Shown: positions 9,264 to 19,309, counted from the first letter of the stretch. The stretch: 64,000 nucleotides of DNA from an uncultured Candidatus Saccharibacteria bacterium (GCA_964457775.1 CAYWEW010000002.1:44335-108334); one strand, 5' to 3'. Notes: a model not told the origin generated them from the letters alone. Made by a program: numbers and translations.

Positions 9264-10667
9264 CTAAATTGCAAGGTTTTCACTAAAATACTTTACTAAA
9301 TCAGCAATTGGAACACGCACTTGTTCCATAGTATCCCTATCACGCACAGTTACAGCATTATCAGTCAAAGTATCGAAATCTACAGTTACACAGTACGGTG
9401 TACCGATTTCGTCCTGTCTACGATATCTTTTACCGATTGATTGAGTATCATCATATTCTACAAAAAACTTTTTAGATAGTGTTTTCCAAATTTCTTTCGC
9501 AGGACCTGACAACTCTTCTTTCTTTGATAATGGCAACACTGCGACTTTAACTGGAGAAAGACGTTTATCGAATTTAAGAACTACACGAGTTTCGTCGTTT
9601 ACGATTTCTTCAGTATAAGCGTTATCAATAAAAGCTAGTGTCATACGTGCTACACCAACTGATGTTTCTACGATATGCGGCACAAATCTTTCTTTTGTCG
9701 CTTCATCAAAATATGACAAATCTGTTCCTGAGAATTTACTATGTTGAGTCAAATCAAAATCCCCCCTTGCATGTATTCCTTCCATTTCTTTAAATCCTCC
9801 CAACATCGCATAATTATATTCAATATCATATGCATCGGACGCATAATGTGCTAGCTTCTCATGTTTGAACCAATTTAATTTATTCTCTGGGATACCATAA
9901 TCAAGGTAAAAATTCCATCTATCCTTGTGCCATCCTTCAAAAATATCCCCTGTTTGTGATGGATGATGAAAGTATTGCATTTCCATTTGCTCGAACTCAC
10001 GGGTACGGAATACGAATTGCTTAGCTACAATTTCATTACGAAAAGCTTTACCAATTTGTGCAATACCAAATGGTAGCTTTGGGTGTAGCGAGTCGATGGT
10101 ATTTTTATATTCCAAATAAATACCACCACATGTTTCTGGTCTAAGATATACAACATTTTCTTCAGACAATGCGTCCGTTGGTGAGCCGAGATTAGACTTC
10201 ACCATAAGTGAGAAGACTTTCGCCTCTGTCACATCTGCACTAGAACAGTTTGGACAAGCAAGTTTTTTGTCGGCTCGCAATTTATCTAATTCTTGATTAA
10301 TAAATTCAAGTGGTTGTTTATCAGCATTAATACCGAAACCTTCAAGAAGATGATCTGCTCGAAAGCGACTCTTACATTTCTTGCAATCTATTTGTGGGTC
10401 ATTGAATCCATCGACGTGCCCGGACGCTTTCCAAGCCATTGGATGCATAAAAATAGCGCTGTCTAACAATACAACGTCCATACGTTCTTGTGCAATACTC
10501 TTTTGCCACGCATTTTTTACGTTATTAAGAAGAAGTGTCCCATAATGTCCATAATCATACACACCAGAGAACCCGCCGTAAATTTCAGATGATGCAAAAA
10601 TAAATCCCCTCCTTTTACAAAGAGAGACTATTGCTTCCATACGAGCTTGAGAGTCATTTGTATTCAT
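9264..10667 (-). CDS. glyQS: glycine--tRNA ligase (dimeric class II type)
   Basis: SSEIYGGFSGVYDYGHYG N-terminal motif, class II core (FRNEI, RTREFEQMEMQYF) and an anticodon-binding C-terminus. 467 aa. Confidence 0.9.
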   Translation of the reverse strand: MNTNDSQARMEAIVSLCKRRGFIFASSEIYGGFSGVYDYGHYGTLLLNNVKNAWQKSIAQERMDVVLLDSAIFMHPMAWKASGHVDGFNDPQIDCKKCKSRFRADHLLEGFGINADKQPLEFINQELDKLRADKKLACPNCSSADVTEAKVFSLMVKSNLGSPTDALSEENVVYLRPETCGGIYLEYKNTIDSLHPKLPFGIAQIGKAFRNEIVAKQFVFRTREFEQMEMQYFHHPSQTGDIFEGWHKDRWNFYLDYGIPENKLNWFKHEKLAHYASDAYDIEYNYAMLGGFKEMEGIHARGDFDLTQHSKFSGTDLSYFDEATKERFVPHIVETSVGVARMTLAFIDNAYTEEIVNDETRVVLKFDKRLSPVKVAVLPLSKKEELSGPAKEIWKTLSKKFFVEYDDTQSIGKRYRRQDEIGTPYCVTVDFDTLTDNAVTVRDRDTMEQVRVPIADLVKYFSENLAI

Positions 10668-10746
10668 ATTTTATAATACTAACATGGATAGATGTTAGAT
10701 TCTAGATATTGTCTTTTTGATAAAATATAAATCTATTTTCTGAAAT

Positions 10747-11007
10747 CTAATTTGTCCCCAATTCTCCAAAAATACTACCGAATAAACTAAGAACACCACC
10801 AACTGAAAGAATTATAAAAAGTCCGACCATCCCCCACAATAAATGGTCTTTACCTGTATTCTTCTCTGCAGGATTTCTCATATCATAAATAAACTTTGCT
10901 ACACCATACAAAAAATAAATAAAAGTTATGGCTGCAACCAATTGATATAGTGGGCTGAAAATTTCAGTAACTATTTTTCCTAATATAACATCAGCATTTT
11001 TTTCCAT
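10747..11007 (-). CDS. small two-helix membrane protein, TrbC/VirB2-like (T4SS-pilin-like) topology
   Basis: Two hydrophobic helices separated by a charged loop (DMRNPAEKNTGKDH). 86 aa. Same layout as the neighbouring paralogs. Confidence 0.5.
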   Translation of the reverse strand: MEKNADVILGKIVTEIFSPLYQLVAAITFIYFLYGVAKFIYDMRNPAEKNTGKDHLLWGMVGLFIILSVGGVLSLFGSIFGELGTN

Positions 11008-11077
11008 ATAATTTTAGTATACCTTAATTGGTGGATAAGAGTTTTAATATGATCTACATAGGTTAGTCATATGTAAA

Positions 11078-11518
11078 CTATTTCATTTTTGGCATTTCAA
11101 GAGCTGGTATACTGCCGCCAACTCCTGTCCCTAAAATGTTGGCCATGAGTCCAATAATTCCCCAAACAGAAACCATAACGAATAGAGCTAGTATAGAATA
11201 ACCCATACCTTTCAACCCCTCTTCTCTTTTTCCTGGACTTTCATCCCCTTTCCAAATATATTGAACCAAATACCAAAAGAACGCTAACAGTCCGAGACCA
11301 ATCATAAGTACACCAAGTCTAGATACAGCTAATTGAGCTAAACCAATAAGTCCAAGAACAGGGCCATTGTTGAATCCTAACCCTTGTGAATTACTAACGC
11401 TGATGGAAAAAGGTTTACCCCCGACAGTGCCACCAACACTTCCTCCGATAACTTGTGCCTGTGCAAGAACAAGACTACTTAGAACTACAATGTACATGCT
11501 GATTATTATTTTTTTCAT
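11078..11518 (-). CDS. secreted TrbC/VirB2-like pilin-family membrane protein, paralog 1
   Basis: Signal peptide, Gly-rich segment, then TM1 - IWKGDESPGKREEG loop - TM2 (LLAFFWYLVQYIWKGDE...GYSILALFVMVSVWGIIGL). Confidence 0.6.
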   Translation of the reverse strand: MKKIIISMYIVVLSSLVLAQAQVIGGSVGGTVGGKPFSISVSNSQGLGFNNGPVLGLIGLAQLAVSRLGVLMIGLGLLAFFWYLVQYIWKGDESPGKREEGLKGMGYSILALFVMVSVWGIIGLMANILGTGVGGSIPALEMPKMK

Positions 11519-11647
11519 ATTTATTTAAGTATAACTTAGTTTTTAAAGAGTGTCTAAAATAATAATGTTAGTATCTAGTGTGTTGGTAGTTAGGAAGTGT
11601 ATAGACAAAAAACCCCACATCATGTGGAGTTTTTGTAATATATATAA

Positions 11648-12070
11648 TTATCGATTTGGAGTCGGAATTGCCGGAATTGGAACTGCTCCACCTTGACCGA
11701 TACCTAACATTCCACCTAAAGCTCCGATAATACCCCAAATTGAAACCATTACGAATATTGCAAGAATAGAATAACCCATTCCTTTAATACCGAGATTCTT
11801 TTCATCAGCACTATCTCCTCCTTTTACAATAAACTTAATAAGGAACCAGAAGAATGCAACTACTGCTACACCAACAGCAAAAATACCTAAACGAGAGACG
11901 ATGTCTTGTGCAAGCCCAAGAAGACTAAGTAGTGGTCCGCCATTTACTTGTCCCTGTACAGCGTTTTGTCCGATACTTAAAGTACCCCCATTTACACCAA
12001 TACTCACCTGAGCAGAAGCAATCATAATACTACCTGCAACTAACGAAATTAAAGATAAAGCTTTTTTCAT
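11648..12070 (-). CDS. secreted TrbC/VirB2-like pilin-family membrane protein, paralog 2
   Basis: Same architecture and near-identical core (VVAFFWFLIKFIVKGGDSADEKNLGIKGMGYSILAIFVMVSIWGIIGA). Start moved to the internal Met (MKKALSLISLVAG signal peptide). The ORF track extends to 12160. Confidence 0.6.
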   Translation of the reverse strand: MKKALSLISLVAGSIMIASAQVSIGVNGGTLSIGQNAVQGQVNGGPLLSLLGLAQDIVSRLGIFAVGVAVVAFFWFLIKFIVKGGDSADEKNLGIKGMGYSILAIFVMVSIWGIIGALGGMLGIGQGGAVPIPAIPTPNR

Positions 12071-12283
12071 ATATATATTATTATCCTTTAAGTATACCTT
12101 GACGTTTGGACTTTGCAAGGATAGATGGGGATAAGGGTAGCATGTAGAAATTATAGCCAAAGAAAAAAGAGAGGCATCCTTACTCGCAGCATCGCGATTA
12201 AGGCAATGTGCGAGAGGAAAACCTCTCTTGTTGTGTCATTTACGTATGACTACGGATTTGATATGGTTGTCTCCAGTTGTTTA

Positions 12284-12613
12284 CTACTTTTCTCCCCATT
12301 TTTTGATTTGATCAATAATCTTTTTGAGCAAAAATACAAGAAAAAAGCCGAGCGCAATAACCATTACTATGCTGAACAAAACTTGAAGACCTTTTTGGTT
12401 GAAATTCAAGATGCGAATATGAGCATTATGCAGAGCATTTCCTGCATTTTGTGCACCATTCCCGATTGCACCTATTACTCCACTCACACCATTCATTATC
12501 CAATCAACCAAAGTAGGAAGAATCATGAGAAATATTGCCAACAGAAGCACGTAACCGAGAGCGGTTCCGAGTTTTTGGGGAAATGTTTTCTCTGCTTTAT
12601 TTTCTCCTGCCAT
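12284..12613 (-). CDS. small membrane protein (109 aa), hypothetical
   Basis: Two or three predicted TM helices. Embedded in the pilin-like cluster. The antisense ORF 12125..12667 is rejected. Confidence 0.45.
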   Translation of the reverse strand: MAGENKAEKTFPQKLGTALGYVLLLAIFLMILPTLVDWIMNGVSGVIGAIGNGAQNAGNALHNAHIRILNFNQKGLQVLFSIVMVIALGFFLVFLLKKIIDQIKKWGEK

Positions 12614-12635
12614 GATGCGTTCTCCTTTCGAGAGA

Positions 12636-13451
12636 TTAGTTTATATTGGCGTAACCACCATTTTTGATGAGGACTAAAACTGGCTTACCTCTGTGCTTAT
12701 CAAGAAACTCGCGACAGAGTGAAACTGTTTCGGTGTTACCTCCAGTGTTACCACATTTGTAATATTTACCTGAGTAAACATCATTTCTGTAGTTGTTGCC
12801 TGAAATATCTTCGACCGCAACAAGGAGCTGATACTTTTCAGCATCAAACTTTTTTACCGCAGTTTCGATTTGGAACAAAGCACAACCAGAGGTTAAATGC
12901 AGGGACTGCCCGGCACCCAATTGCTGAATACTAGCATTTGCAATACCTGTATCCCTCTCTTCAGGTGTAGAACAATTGAACATTGACCCATACACAACTG
13001 TTTTTGAATCAGGTACACTTGCTGACTCATTTACATCTGAAGGTTTTGGCAATAATGAGTTCGTTACTGCTTTTATTACTTGAGGTTGCTCTTGCTTTGA
13101 CGAAAGATAATCAGCAACGAATTTTTGCGTGAACATAAAAACAACACACAAAACAAGAAACAAACCAATATACATAAAAATCTTGTATTCTTCTCTCGTG
13201 AAAAATGGTTCTTTGTCAGATGAGTCGGGCCCTTTACCGCCTCCACCACCTGGCCCACGTGAGCCACCTTTTCCACCACCGCCCGGGCCATCATCACCTG
13301 CTCTTGCAGAAGGTTTGGTTGAATCTGGCGTTTGAGGTGTTTGGGGAATAAAACTTGGAGGCATTTCTGGACTCGCGGCGGCTGCTCTTGTTTCGCTGAT
13401 TTGTTTCAAAAAAGCCTCTTCGTTTGGACTTCTTACGGATTTACCGGACAT
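12636..13451 (-). CDS. exported protein: Gly/Pro-rich low-complexity N-terminus, one TM helix, C-terminal globular domain (possible Cys-His peptidase or cell-wall hydrolase fold)
   Basis: GPGGGGKGGSRGPGGGGGKGPD tract, TM helix IFMYIGLFLVLCVVFMF, and a C-terminal domain with Cys-containing motifs (TSGCALFQ, KCGN, SLCREF). The hydrolase assignment is an inference, not a recognised family hit. Confidence 0.5.
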   Translation of the reverse strand: MSGKSVRSPNEEAFLKQISETRAAAASPEMPPSFIPQTPQTPDSTKPSARAGDDGPGGGGKGGSRGPGGGGGKGPDSSDKEPFFTREEYKIFMYIGLFLVLCVVFMFTQKFVADYLSSKQEQPQVIKAVTNSLLPKPSDVNESASVPDSKTVVYGSMFNCSTPEERDTGIANASIQQLGAGQSLHLTSGCALFQIETAVKKFDAEKYQLLVAVEDISGNNYRNDVYSGKYYKCGNTGGNTETVSLCREFLDKHRGKPVLVLIKNGGYANIN

Positions 13452-13565
13452 TTAATTACTCCTTCAAAAAAGTTTTGGAATTTGTTCACATAAACATGTT
13501 AAACAACATCTAAACAAACGCTACACTATATTTATGTAATTGTCAATAAAAGTTTAGCTTTGTTA

Positions 13566-14312
13566 TTATTCTGAACAAACACCATCAGAACCCATAGCTC
13601 CACCTTTTATTTCACAATTACATGTTTCTACAGAACTTCCATTATCAACGCAAGTTTGAAGAGCTGATTTAGTTCCCTTTACTGAATTATTACTACCTGT
13701 GGAACAAGAATTGTCAGTAAGATTCCAAATACCTCCACTTGCTTCACAATTACATGTTTCTACAGAACTTCCATTATCAATACAAGTTTGAAGAGCTGAT
13801 TTAGTTACTCCACCAGTATTATTATTACCTGTAGAATTAGTTACACCTCCAGTATTATTATTACCAGCAGACTGTGCACCATTTTGAGCAGAAGGAACTG
13901 TCCCTGTTCTAAAATTGAAACTTGGTATATCAATAGTAGTTACATCTTTTCCTTGGAATAGAATACTTTGGCCCAGTTTTATTATTCCATAAACAGAGAA
14001 CATAACGAAAAGTGCGATAAGCCCCCATTTCATAAATTCACCACCAACTTGTACCCCTTTTCCATCACCTTGTCTCTTAGCCCAGATGTACTCGATAATG
14101 CCGTAGAAAAAGGCAAGTAAGGCTACTGAAAGAGCAAGTGTGCCTAAAGCTTTTACAACTGTTGAAGTAAATAATTGAATAAGTATCGCAGTTGCCCCTA
14201 TTCCTGTAATTGCGTCCTGCACGGTTACTGTACCTGTTACAGCAAAAGTGACTAGTGGTGTAAGAATTATACTAGTAAAAATGACAGCTTTTATTATAGG
14301 TGATTTTTTCAT
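13566..14312 (-). CDS. TrbC/VirB2-like pilin-family membrane protein with a Cys-rich C-terminal tandem-repeat extension, paralog 3
   Basis: Core LALSVALLAFFYGIIEYIWAKRQGDGKG...WGLIALFVMFSVYGIIKLGQSILFQGK is about 70% identical to paralog 4. The C-terminus carries two near-identical repeats (...GTKSALQTCVDNGSSVETCNC...). Start moved to the internal Met. The ORF track extends to 14354. Confidence 0.6.
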   Translation of the reverse strand: MKKSPIIKAVIFTSIILTPLVTFAVTGTVTVQDAITGIGATAILIQLFTSTVVKALGTLALSVALLAFFYGIIEYIWAKRQGDGKGVQVGGEFMKWGLIALFVMFSVYGIIKLGQSILFQGKDVTTIDIPSFNFRTGTVPSAQNGAQSAGNNNTGGVTNSTGNNNTGGVTKSALQTCIDNGSSVETCNCEASGGIWNLTDNSCSTGSNNSVKGTKSALQTCVDNGSSVETCNCEIKGGAMGSDGVCSE

Positions 14313-14358
14313 AAATATAATTAAAGTGTACACTATAAGGCTTTTAAAATGCAACGAA

Positions 14359-14748
14359 CTACTTTAGTTGAATGTTTGGAATATTAATTGTATTAACTTC
14401 TTTCCCTTGAAAAAGAATACTCTGGCCAAGATTTATAATTCCATAAACTGAGAACATAACAAACAGTGCAATGAGTCCCCAAACCATGAACTTATTCCCA
14501 TCTCCTAGAGCCTTTTCGTCTCCTTTTCTTCTTGCCCAAATATATTCAATAAGTCCATACAAAAATGCTAGCAAACCTAGCGCAAGAAAAAGGCCACTTA
14601 ATGCGCTTATTACACTATTTGTAAAAGTACTAACTAAAGATGCAAAAGTTTCTGAACCAGAACTTATCCCCGCGAAGGAAACTGTTGGGCAAATAATAAA
14701 TAATATAAAAATGATTGCTTGTTTGATGTTATTTTTTTTCATATACAT
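14359..14748 (-). CDS. TrbC/VirB2-like pilin-family membrane protein, paralog 4
   Basis: Signal peptide ending SFA^G, TM1 LFLALGLLAFLYGLIEY, loop IWARRKGDEKALGDGNKF, TM2 MVWGLIALFVMFSVYGIINLG. Confidence 0.6.
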   Translation of the reverse strand: MYMKKNNIKQAIIFILFIICPTVSFAGISSGSETFASLVSTFTNSVISALSGLFLALGLLAFLYGLIEYIWARRKGDEKALGDGNKFMVWGLIALFVMFSVYGIINLGQSILFQGKEVNTINIPNIQLK

Positions 14749-14753
14749 TATAT

Positions 14754-15890
14754 TTAAATTATTTTATTAATAAATTTAATATTTTCTTTAATTACTAACT
14801 CAGTTACTGGTATAACCATTGAGGTTGATGGAACTATTTTTTCTACTGACCCTCTAAGCGCAAGAAGGAATCCTTGTATAACAAAAACAACGAATGTTGA
14901 TATAACTGCCCACATAAGTAATTTATGTGTCTTCATTAACTTCTCAGGAGCTCCTTGTGCCAAAACATAATTAAACCCGGTCCACACCCATATAGCAATT
15001 AATGCAGGGTAAATAAAGAACTTTAAAACTAACTTAAGGCCATTCAAAATAAAATCGTACAAACTACAAACGCCGAGCGGGTTAGGTAGTCCAGCAGTAC
15101 CACATGATGTTGGCGTTGGTGCAGTGTTTGAGGTTGATGTTGATACAGGAGTTGGTGTTGGTGTTGGTGTTGGTGCAGGAGTTGGTGTTGGTTGAACTAC
15201 TGCAGGTAACTCTGGCAACAATTCTACGCAATAATTTGTATAACATGCCCCGTTTTTATTATCATCAGTTAAACAAGATCTACCCGTCCCTGCACTTCCA
15301 CCACAATTACCAATCGGGACTTGTGATCCGACAGTCATAATTTCTGAACATTGACTTGATCCAGTGCAAAAACCAGCTTTGTCATCATTAGTTATACAGG
15401 GATTACCTTGTGGCTTATTTGGGCAAGCATTTTTTGCTATTGGGGCTGCATATGCTCGAGTAATTGTCATTTCTGAAGAAATTGACTTTAGGAGTTCAAG
15501 AGGGAAGTCTTTGACACCTAAATACTTAAGCATGGCCATAAATATTCCACCGAATAATGCTACGACAATTATAAAGCCTAATATTGCTTGTGTAACTTTA
15601 CCTATAGCTTCTTTGTAAGCATTAGCATTCCCTTGTGCCAACTGATAATACGCAACAACGAATCTATACATAATAAAAATTACAAGAAGTGGAAGACCGA
15701 GTGCAATAATGGTACTAAAAATACCTTTGAATATTATTGCTAAATCCTTTACCCCACATTTTGTTGCTAAAGTAGAACCACACAAAGTATCTCCTGAAAT
15801 TGATGTTTGAGCATACGCGTCTATTCCATTAAAAGCAACAATAAAGAAAAATACAGTTAGGGTAAGTGTTAAAAAATGGTGACGCTTCAT
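14754..15890 (-). CDS. large membrane protein with two pilin-like two-helix modules flanking a Cys-rich extracellular domain and a Pro-Thr linker
   Basis: The N-terminal module has loop AQGNANAYKEA and the C-terminal module has loop AQGAPEK. Between them lie about 14 Cys (CPNKPQGNPC...CTGSSQC...CGGSAGTGRSC...CYTNYC) and PTPTPAPTPTPTPTPVSTSTS. Confidence 0.55.
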   Translation of the reverse strand: MKRHHFLTLTLTVFFFIVAFNGIDAYAQTSISGDTLCGSTLATKCGVKDLAIIFKGIFSTIIALGLPLLVIFIMYRFVVAYYQLAQGNANAYKEAIGKVTQAILGFIIVVALFGGIFMAMLKYLGVKDFPLELLKSISSEMTITRAYAAPIAKNACPNKPQGNPCITNDDKAGFCTGSSQCSEIMTVGSQVPIGNCGGSAGTGRSCLTDDNKNGACYTNYCVELLPELPAVVQPTPTPAPTPTPTPTPVSTSTSNTAPTPTSCGTAGLPNPLGVCSLYDFILNGLKLVLKFFIYPALIAIWVWTGFNYVLAQGAPEKLMKTHKLLMWAVISTFVVFVIQGFLLALRGSVEKIVPSTSMVIPVTELVIKENIKFINKII

Positions 15891-16002
15891 ATGAAAATAG
15901 TATAACAGGGATATTTGTTAGAAACTAGATTATTATTCGTTAGGACGTTCTTCGTTATTAGAATTTTAACTACTAACCCCTAACGACTAACTTCCTAACT
16001 TG

Positions 16003-17304
16003 TTACTTTATTGGAGTATACAGGTCTTGAAGACGAGCCACAAATGAGTTGGCGGCATCGGTTACTCCTTGTCTATTATTTAGAACATCAGAAATCATGA
16101 TTGAAATATAGTTAGTAGATTTATCAGAATAAGTATCATACCAACCACGAGCAACTAGCATACTACTAGCTATTACAGAACTTAACCCTGGAGTTGCAGC
16201 ATAGTTACGAAAAGCAGGTACTCCTCCGACAATTGCTGCAATAGTTGGAGATATACCCCCTCCTGCGAATTGCCCCTCAACAACAAAAGCTACACTTGGA
16301 TTCTTCGAGGTTTTTAAGGTTGCTATACCGTACATACGCATACCTGTAGCAAAAGTATTATTCCCTCTTGATTGAGGAAATCCTGTCATCTCAATCTCAG
16401 CTCTTGGGTTACGAGCGCGCAATGTTTCTAATTCTCCAGAATAACCAATATACATGGCGAGCTTTTCTGATACGAACATATCATCTGCCTTACCTTGAAA
16501 TTCATTCCATGAATAAGTACTTTGTGTTGGGTCAGCAAATTGTGTGAAGAATTGTGTTACTGATGTTAAAGGATAAATACTACTTTCTTCTGTAACAGGC
16601 TCATTCGCAATTACACTCATATACATTTCACCCATTTGATTATACTGAGGAAGTACTGGTATTTGCCCCAACTGACCAACAATTGCCATAATAATATCTT
16701 TAGCATATGGAGTATTCGGTGCACCGAGCGCTATACCTGACTCAGTGAACTGACCCTTGCTATTTTTTTGTGTAAGAACTGGAACCATTTTCACAACATC
16801 GTCCCAATCAGCTGGCGGATTAATAATTGAATGTTTTGAAAATAATGTACGATTATAAAAAAGCACCATTGGTTCAATCGACACAGGAAGAGCGAGCGCT
16901 CCATATGGCGTATAAAAAACAGAAGCGCCTCCTACATAACCATCCTTGAATTCCTTTTCACCTAGTGAAGCGACTGGAATTGGATAAATTCTTGAAGCCT
17001 GTGAAAGTATTGTTTGATATGGTGCCAAAATCAAATCAGGACCATTACCATTGGCAAGAGCCTCTAATAATTTCTGATTAAATACTTCTTCACGAACCTC
17101 CCGATAAACAACACGGTACGTTTTAGCTTGAGGATTGAACTCTTGAACTATTGCATTCATTGGACCTTCTGGTAGTGTTCCCCAAATAAGCACTTCACCT
17201 TGTGGTGTGTCTTTTTTATTTCCAATATCAATTTTACCTGAAAAAATAAGCATCGCGAAAACTGCCGCAAAAATACCAACACCAAGTAAAATTTTGGATA
17301 CCAT
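16003..17304 (-). CDS. ABC transporter extracellular solute-binding protein (family 1, sugar-type)
   Basis: Signal/anchor MVSKILLGVGIFAAVFAML followed by a ~410-aa periplasmic-binding-protein fold. The ORF track start (17328) adds 8 codons. Confidence 0.65.
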   Translation of the reverse strand: MVSKILLGVGIFAAVFAMLIFSGKIDIGNKKDTPQGEVLIWGTLPEGPMNAIVQEFNPQAKTYRVVYREVREEVFNQKLLEALANGNGPDLILAPYQTILSQASRIYPIPVASLGEKEFKDGYVGGASVFYTPYGALALPVSIEPMVLFYNRTLFSKHSIINPPADWDDVVKMVPVLTQKNSKGQFTESGIALGAPNTPYAKDIIMAIVGQLGQIPVLPQYNQMGEMYMSVIANEPVTEESSIYPLTSVTQFFTQFADPTQSTYSWNEFQGKADDMFVSEKLAMYIGYSGELETLRARNPRAEIEMTGFPQSRGNNTFATGMRMYGIATLKTSKNPSVAFVVEGQFAGGGISPTIAAIVGGVPAFRNYAATPGLSSVIASSMLVARGWYDTYSDKSTNYISIMISDVLNNRQGVTDAANSFVARLQDLYTPIK

Positions 17305-17342
17305 ATAAAGATAGTATACAGTACACAATCAAAAGTTTTTAA

Positions 17343-17456
17343 AGTCTAAAGTCAAAAGTGGGGACAAAATACAATGCAAGCACTTCGTGGTTGCATTGTA
17401 TTTACTTTATGGACTTTATAAACTTTACACTTTATGGACTTTTGACTAACTAATCG
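17343..17456. repeat. MITE-like palindromic element R1 (GTCAAAAGT...TTATGGACTTTTGAC family)
   Basis: Arms gtcaaaagtgggg ... ctttatggacttttgactaactaatcgc. The right arm ends at the stop codon of the upstream gene. It shares the arms and the flank gacta(a/t)ctaatc(c)gc with R2. Confidence 0.5.
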
Positions 17457-17967
17457 CTATAAATGCATAATGATAACTTCCCGCTTGTAATCTTTTTAGT
17501 ATTCTAAAATTATTATCTACAACCAGCTTTTCTGCATACAACTCATCAATTATATGATCTCTGTGTGGACCAAGACCTCCGTGACTATCGCTCCATTCTA
17601 CAATTAGTAACTGCCCTTCTGGTTTTAAAATTTTTGAAATATGTAAAAGTAGCGAATTAATGTTACCTAATTGAAAAAGTACATTAGACACCACAACCGC
17701 ATCCAAACTATATCCATCAATTGGAATATGTTGCTCAACATCAGCCCAAAGCATATCAACATTTTGTATACCTCTCTTCTCAAGAGTTCCTGCAAGTGTA
17801 TGCAATGCTTCACGGTGTACATCAACCGCATAAACATGACCCATTTCTCCAACTTCTTGTGCAAGAGCAATGGTGTATACACCAGTTCCACAACCAATAT
17901 CTGCGACTCTATCACCTGGTTTCAAATATAATTCACGAATAAGATGTTCTGGAGTTAGGAATGACAT
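17446..17967 (-). CDS. class I SAM-dependent methyltransferase
   Basis: Motif I VADIGCGTGVYTIALA and an acidic-loop motif. 173 aa. Confidence 0.8.
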   Translation of the reverse strand: MSFLTPEHLIRELYLKPGDRVADIGCGTGVYTIALAQEVGEMGHVYAVDVHREALHTLAGTLEKRGIQNVDMLWADVEQHIPIDGYSLDAVVVSNVLFQLGNINSLLLHISKILKPEGQLLIVEWSDSHGGLGPHRDHIIDELYAEKLVVDNNFRILKRLQAGSYHYAFIAIS

Positions 17968-18017
17968 ATTAACAGTATATAGTTACTGGTTACTAGTTAC
18001 TAGTGGATACAAGACAA

Positions 18018-18365
18018 TTAGTGTAAATTTTCGCTAGTATTTTTTTCTAAATCCTCTAACGCTTGTTTAGTTAAAACTCTTTTTTCTATTTCTGCTATAA
18101 AGCCAGCATAAGTTTTTACATCCCTGTCAGAGAATAAACCTTTATGTTCCTCCATAGCATCCCTTAATGCCCTTAAATTTTCAGCGGTATATTCTGGAGT
18201 GAATTCAATATTACTTCCTGGTATTTTACCTGGGCTTATTAAACTTTTTGCCTCTTCAACTGTCATAGTTCCAACACCTGGTACAATTATTTTTTCAACT
18301 CCACCATTGTTGCCAACATTATCACTATTTGTAAAATCCAAACTTCTATTTTGTTCCATATTCAT
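18018..18365 (-). CDS. hypothetical protein (115 aa)
   Basis: ORF track only. No recognised motif. Confidence 0.4.
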   Translation of the reverse strand: MNMEQNRSLDFTNSDNVGNNGGVEKIIVPGVGTMTVEEAKSLISPGKIPGSNIEFTPEYTAENLRALRDAMEEHKGLFSDRDVKTYAGFIAEIEKRVLTKQALEDLEKNTSENLH

Positions 18366-18503
18366 ATATTAATAGTATACATTAAAACAAAAGAGTAATC
18401 ATTTCGTTATAACTCTAAATTACACACATTTGCAGAATACATTAAAAAAATATAGTATGCATTTGGAGGGAATTTTCCCAGAATCCATAAGGAGGAAGTT
18501 GCT

Positions 18504-19292
18504 ATGAGTAACACAGATCCAAAGTGGCCAAAAAGTATTACCCTGATACGTCACGGTGAATCAGCGTATAACATCTTGCGTCACAAGAAAGAAAATGATG
18601 CTTTGTACCGCGCGTTCAAAAAGGCATTTGAAAAAGACCACACCTCAAAAGAAACGAGGACTCTTGCTGAAAAAGTTCGCATCAAATTCGCTCTAAATGT
18701 TAGCGACTATGATACGCCACTTACTGATGAAGGGTTGCGTCAATCAATAGAAACTGGAAAAGGTATTAGTGAAATTATACCGATACCTGATGTAGTTATT
18801 TGTTCACCATATCTGCGTACAAAACGCACGTTGGATGGAATTAACCTTGGTAGTTATTGGCGAATTGATCCAAAAATAGTAATTATGGATGACCGTGTTC
18901 GCGAACAAGAACATGGCCTATCACTTCTTTACAATGATAAGCGAGTTTTTTACACATTTCACCCCGAGCAAAAAGAGTTGATGGAATTGCTTGGTCCGTA
19001 TTGGTATCAGTATCCACAAGGAGAATCAGTCGCAGAAGTAAGGGACAGAATACGTCTAATGACAGATACAATCATACGCGAATACTCAGGTTTACACGTT
19101 CTCATAATCACACATCATCTGACCATTCTCTCGATACGGGCAAATTTCGAAAGAATGTCTCCAGAACAATTTCTTGAAATCGATGAAAAAGAAAAGCCAA
19201 TCAATTGCGGGGTTACTATGTATAAATGTAATCCAAATAAAGGAAAGAAAGGAAGGCTTGAACTTGAATTCTATAACAAACGTTTTTATTGA
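18504..19292 (+). CDS. histidine phosphatase family protein (phosphoglycerate-mutase-like)
   Basis: Catalytic RHGES motif (ITLIRHGESAYN) near the N-terminus. 262 aa. Confidence 0.8.
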   Translation: MSNTDPKWPKSITLIRHGESAYNILRHKKENDALYRAFKKAFEKDHTSKETRTLAEKVRIKFALNVSDYDTPLTDEGLRQSIETGKGISEIIPIPDVVICSPYLRTKRTLDGINLGSYWRIDPKIVIMDDRVREQEHGLSLLYNDKRVFYTFHPEQKELMELLGPYWYQYPQGESVAEVRDRIRLMTDTIIREYSGLHVLIITHHLTILSIRANFERMSPEQFLEIDEKEKPINCGVTMYKCNPNKGKKGRLELEFYNKRFY

Positions 19293-19309
19293 GATCATCT
19301 TGATTCATT

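Noticed and set aside
12125-12667. 180-aa plus-strand ORF overlapping the 109-aa membrane protein and the start of 12636..13451
   Set aside because: Antisense to two genes of the minus-strand operon. No start-site support, and the reading is Cys/His-rich nonsense.
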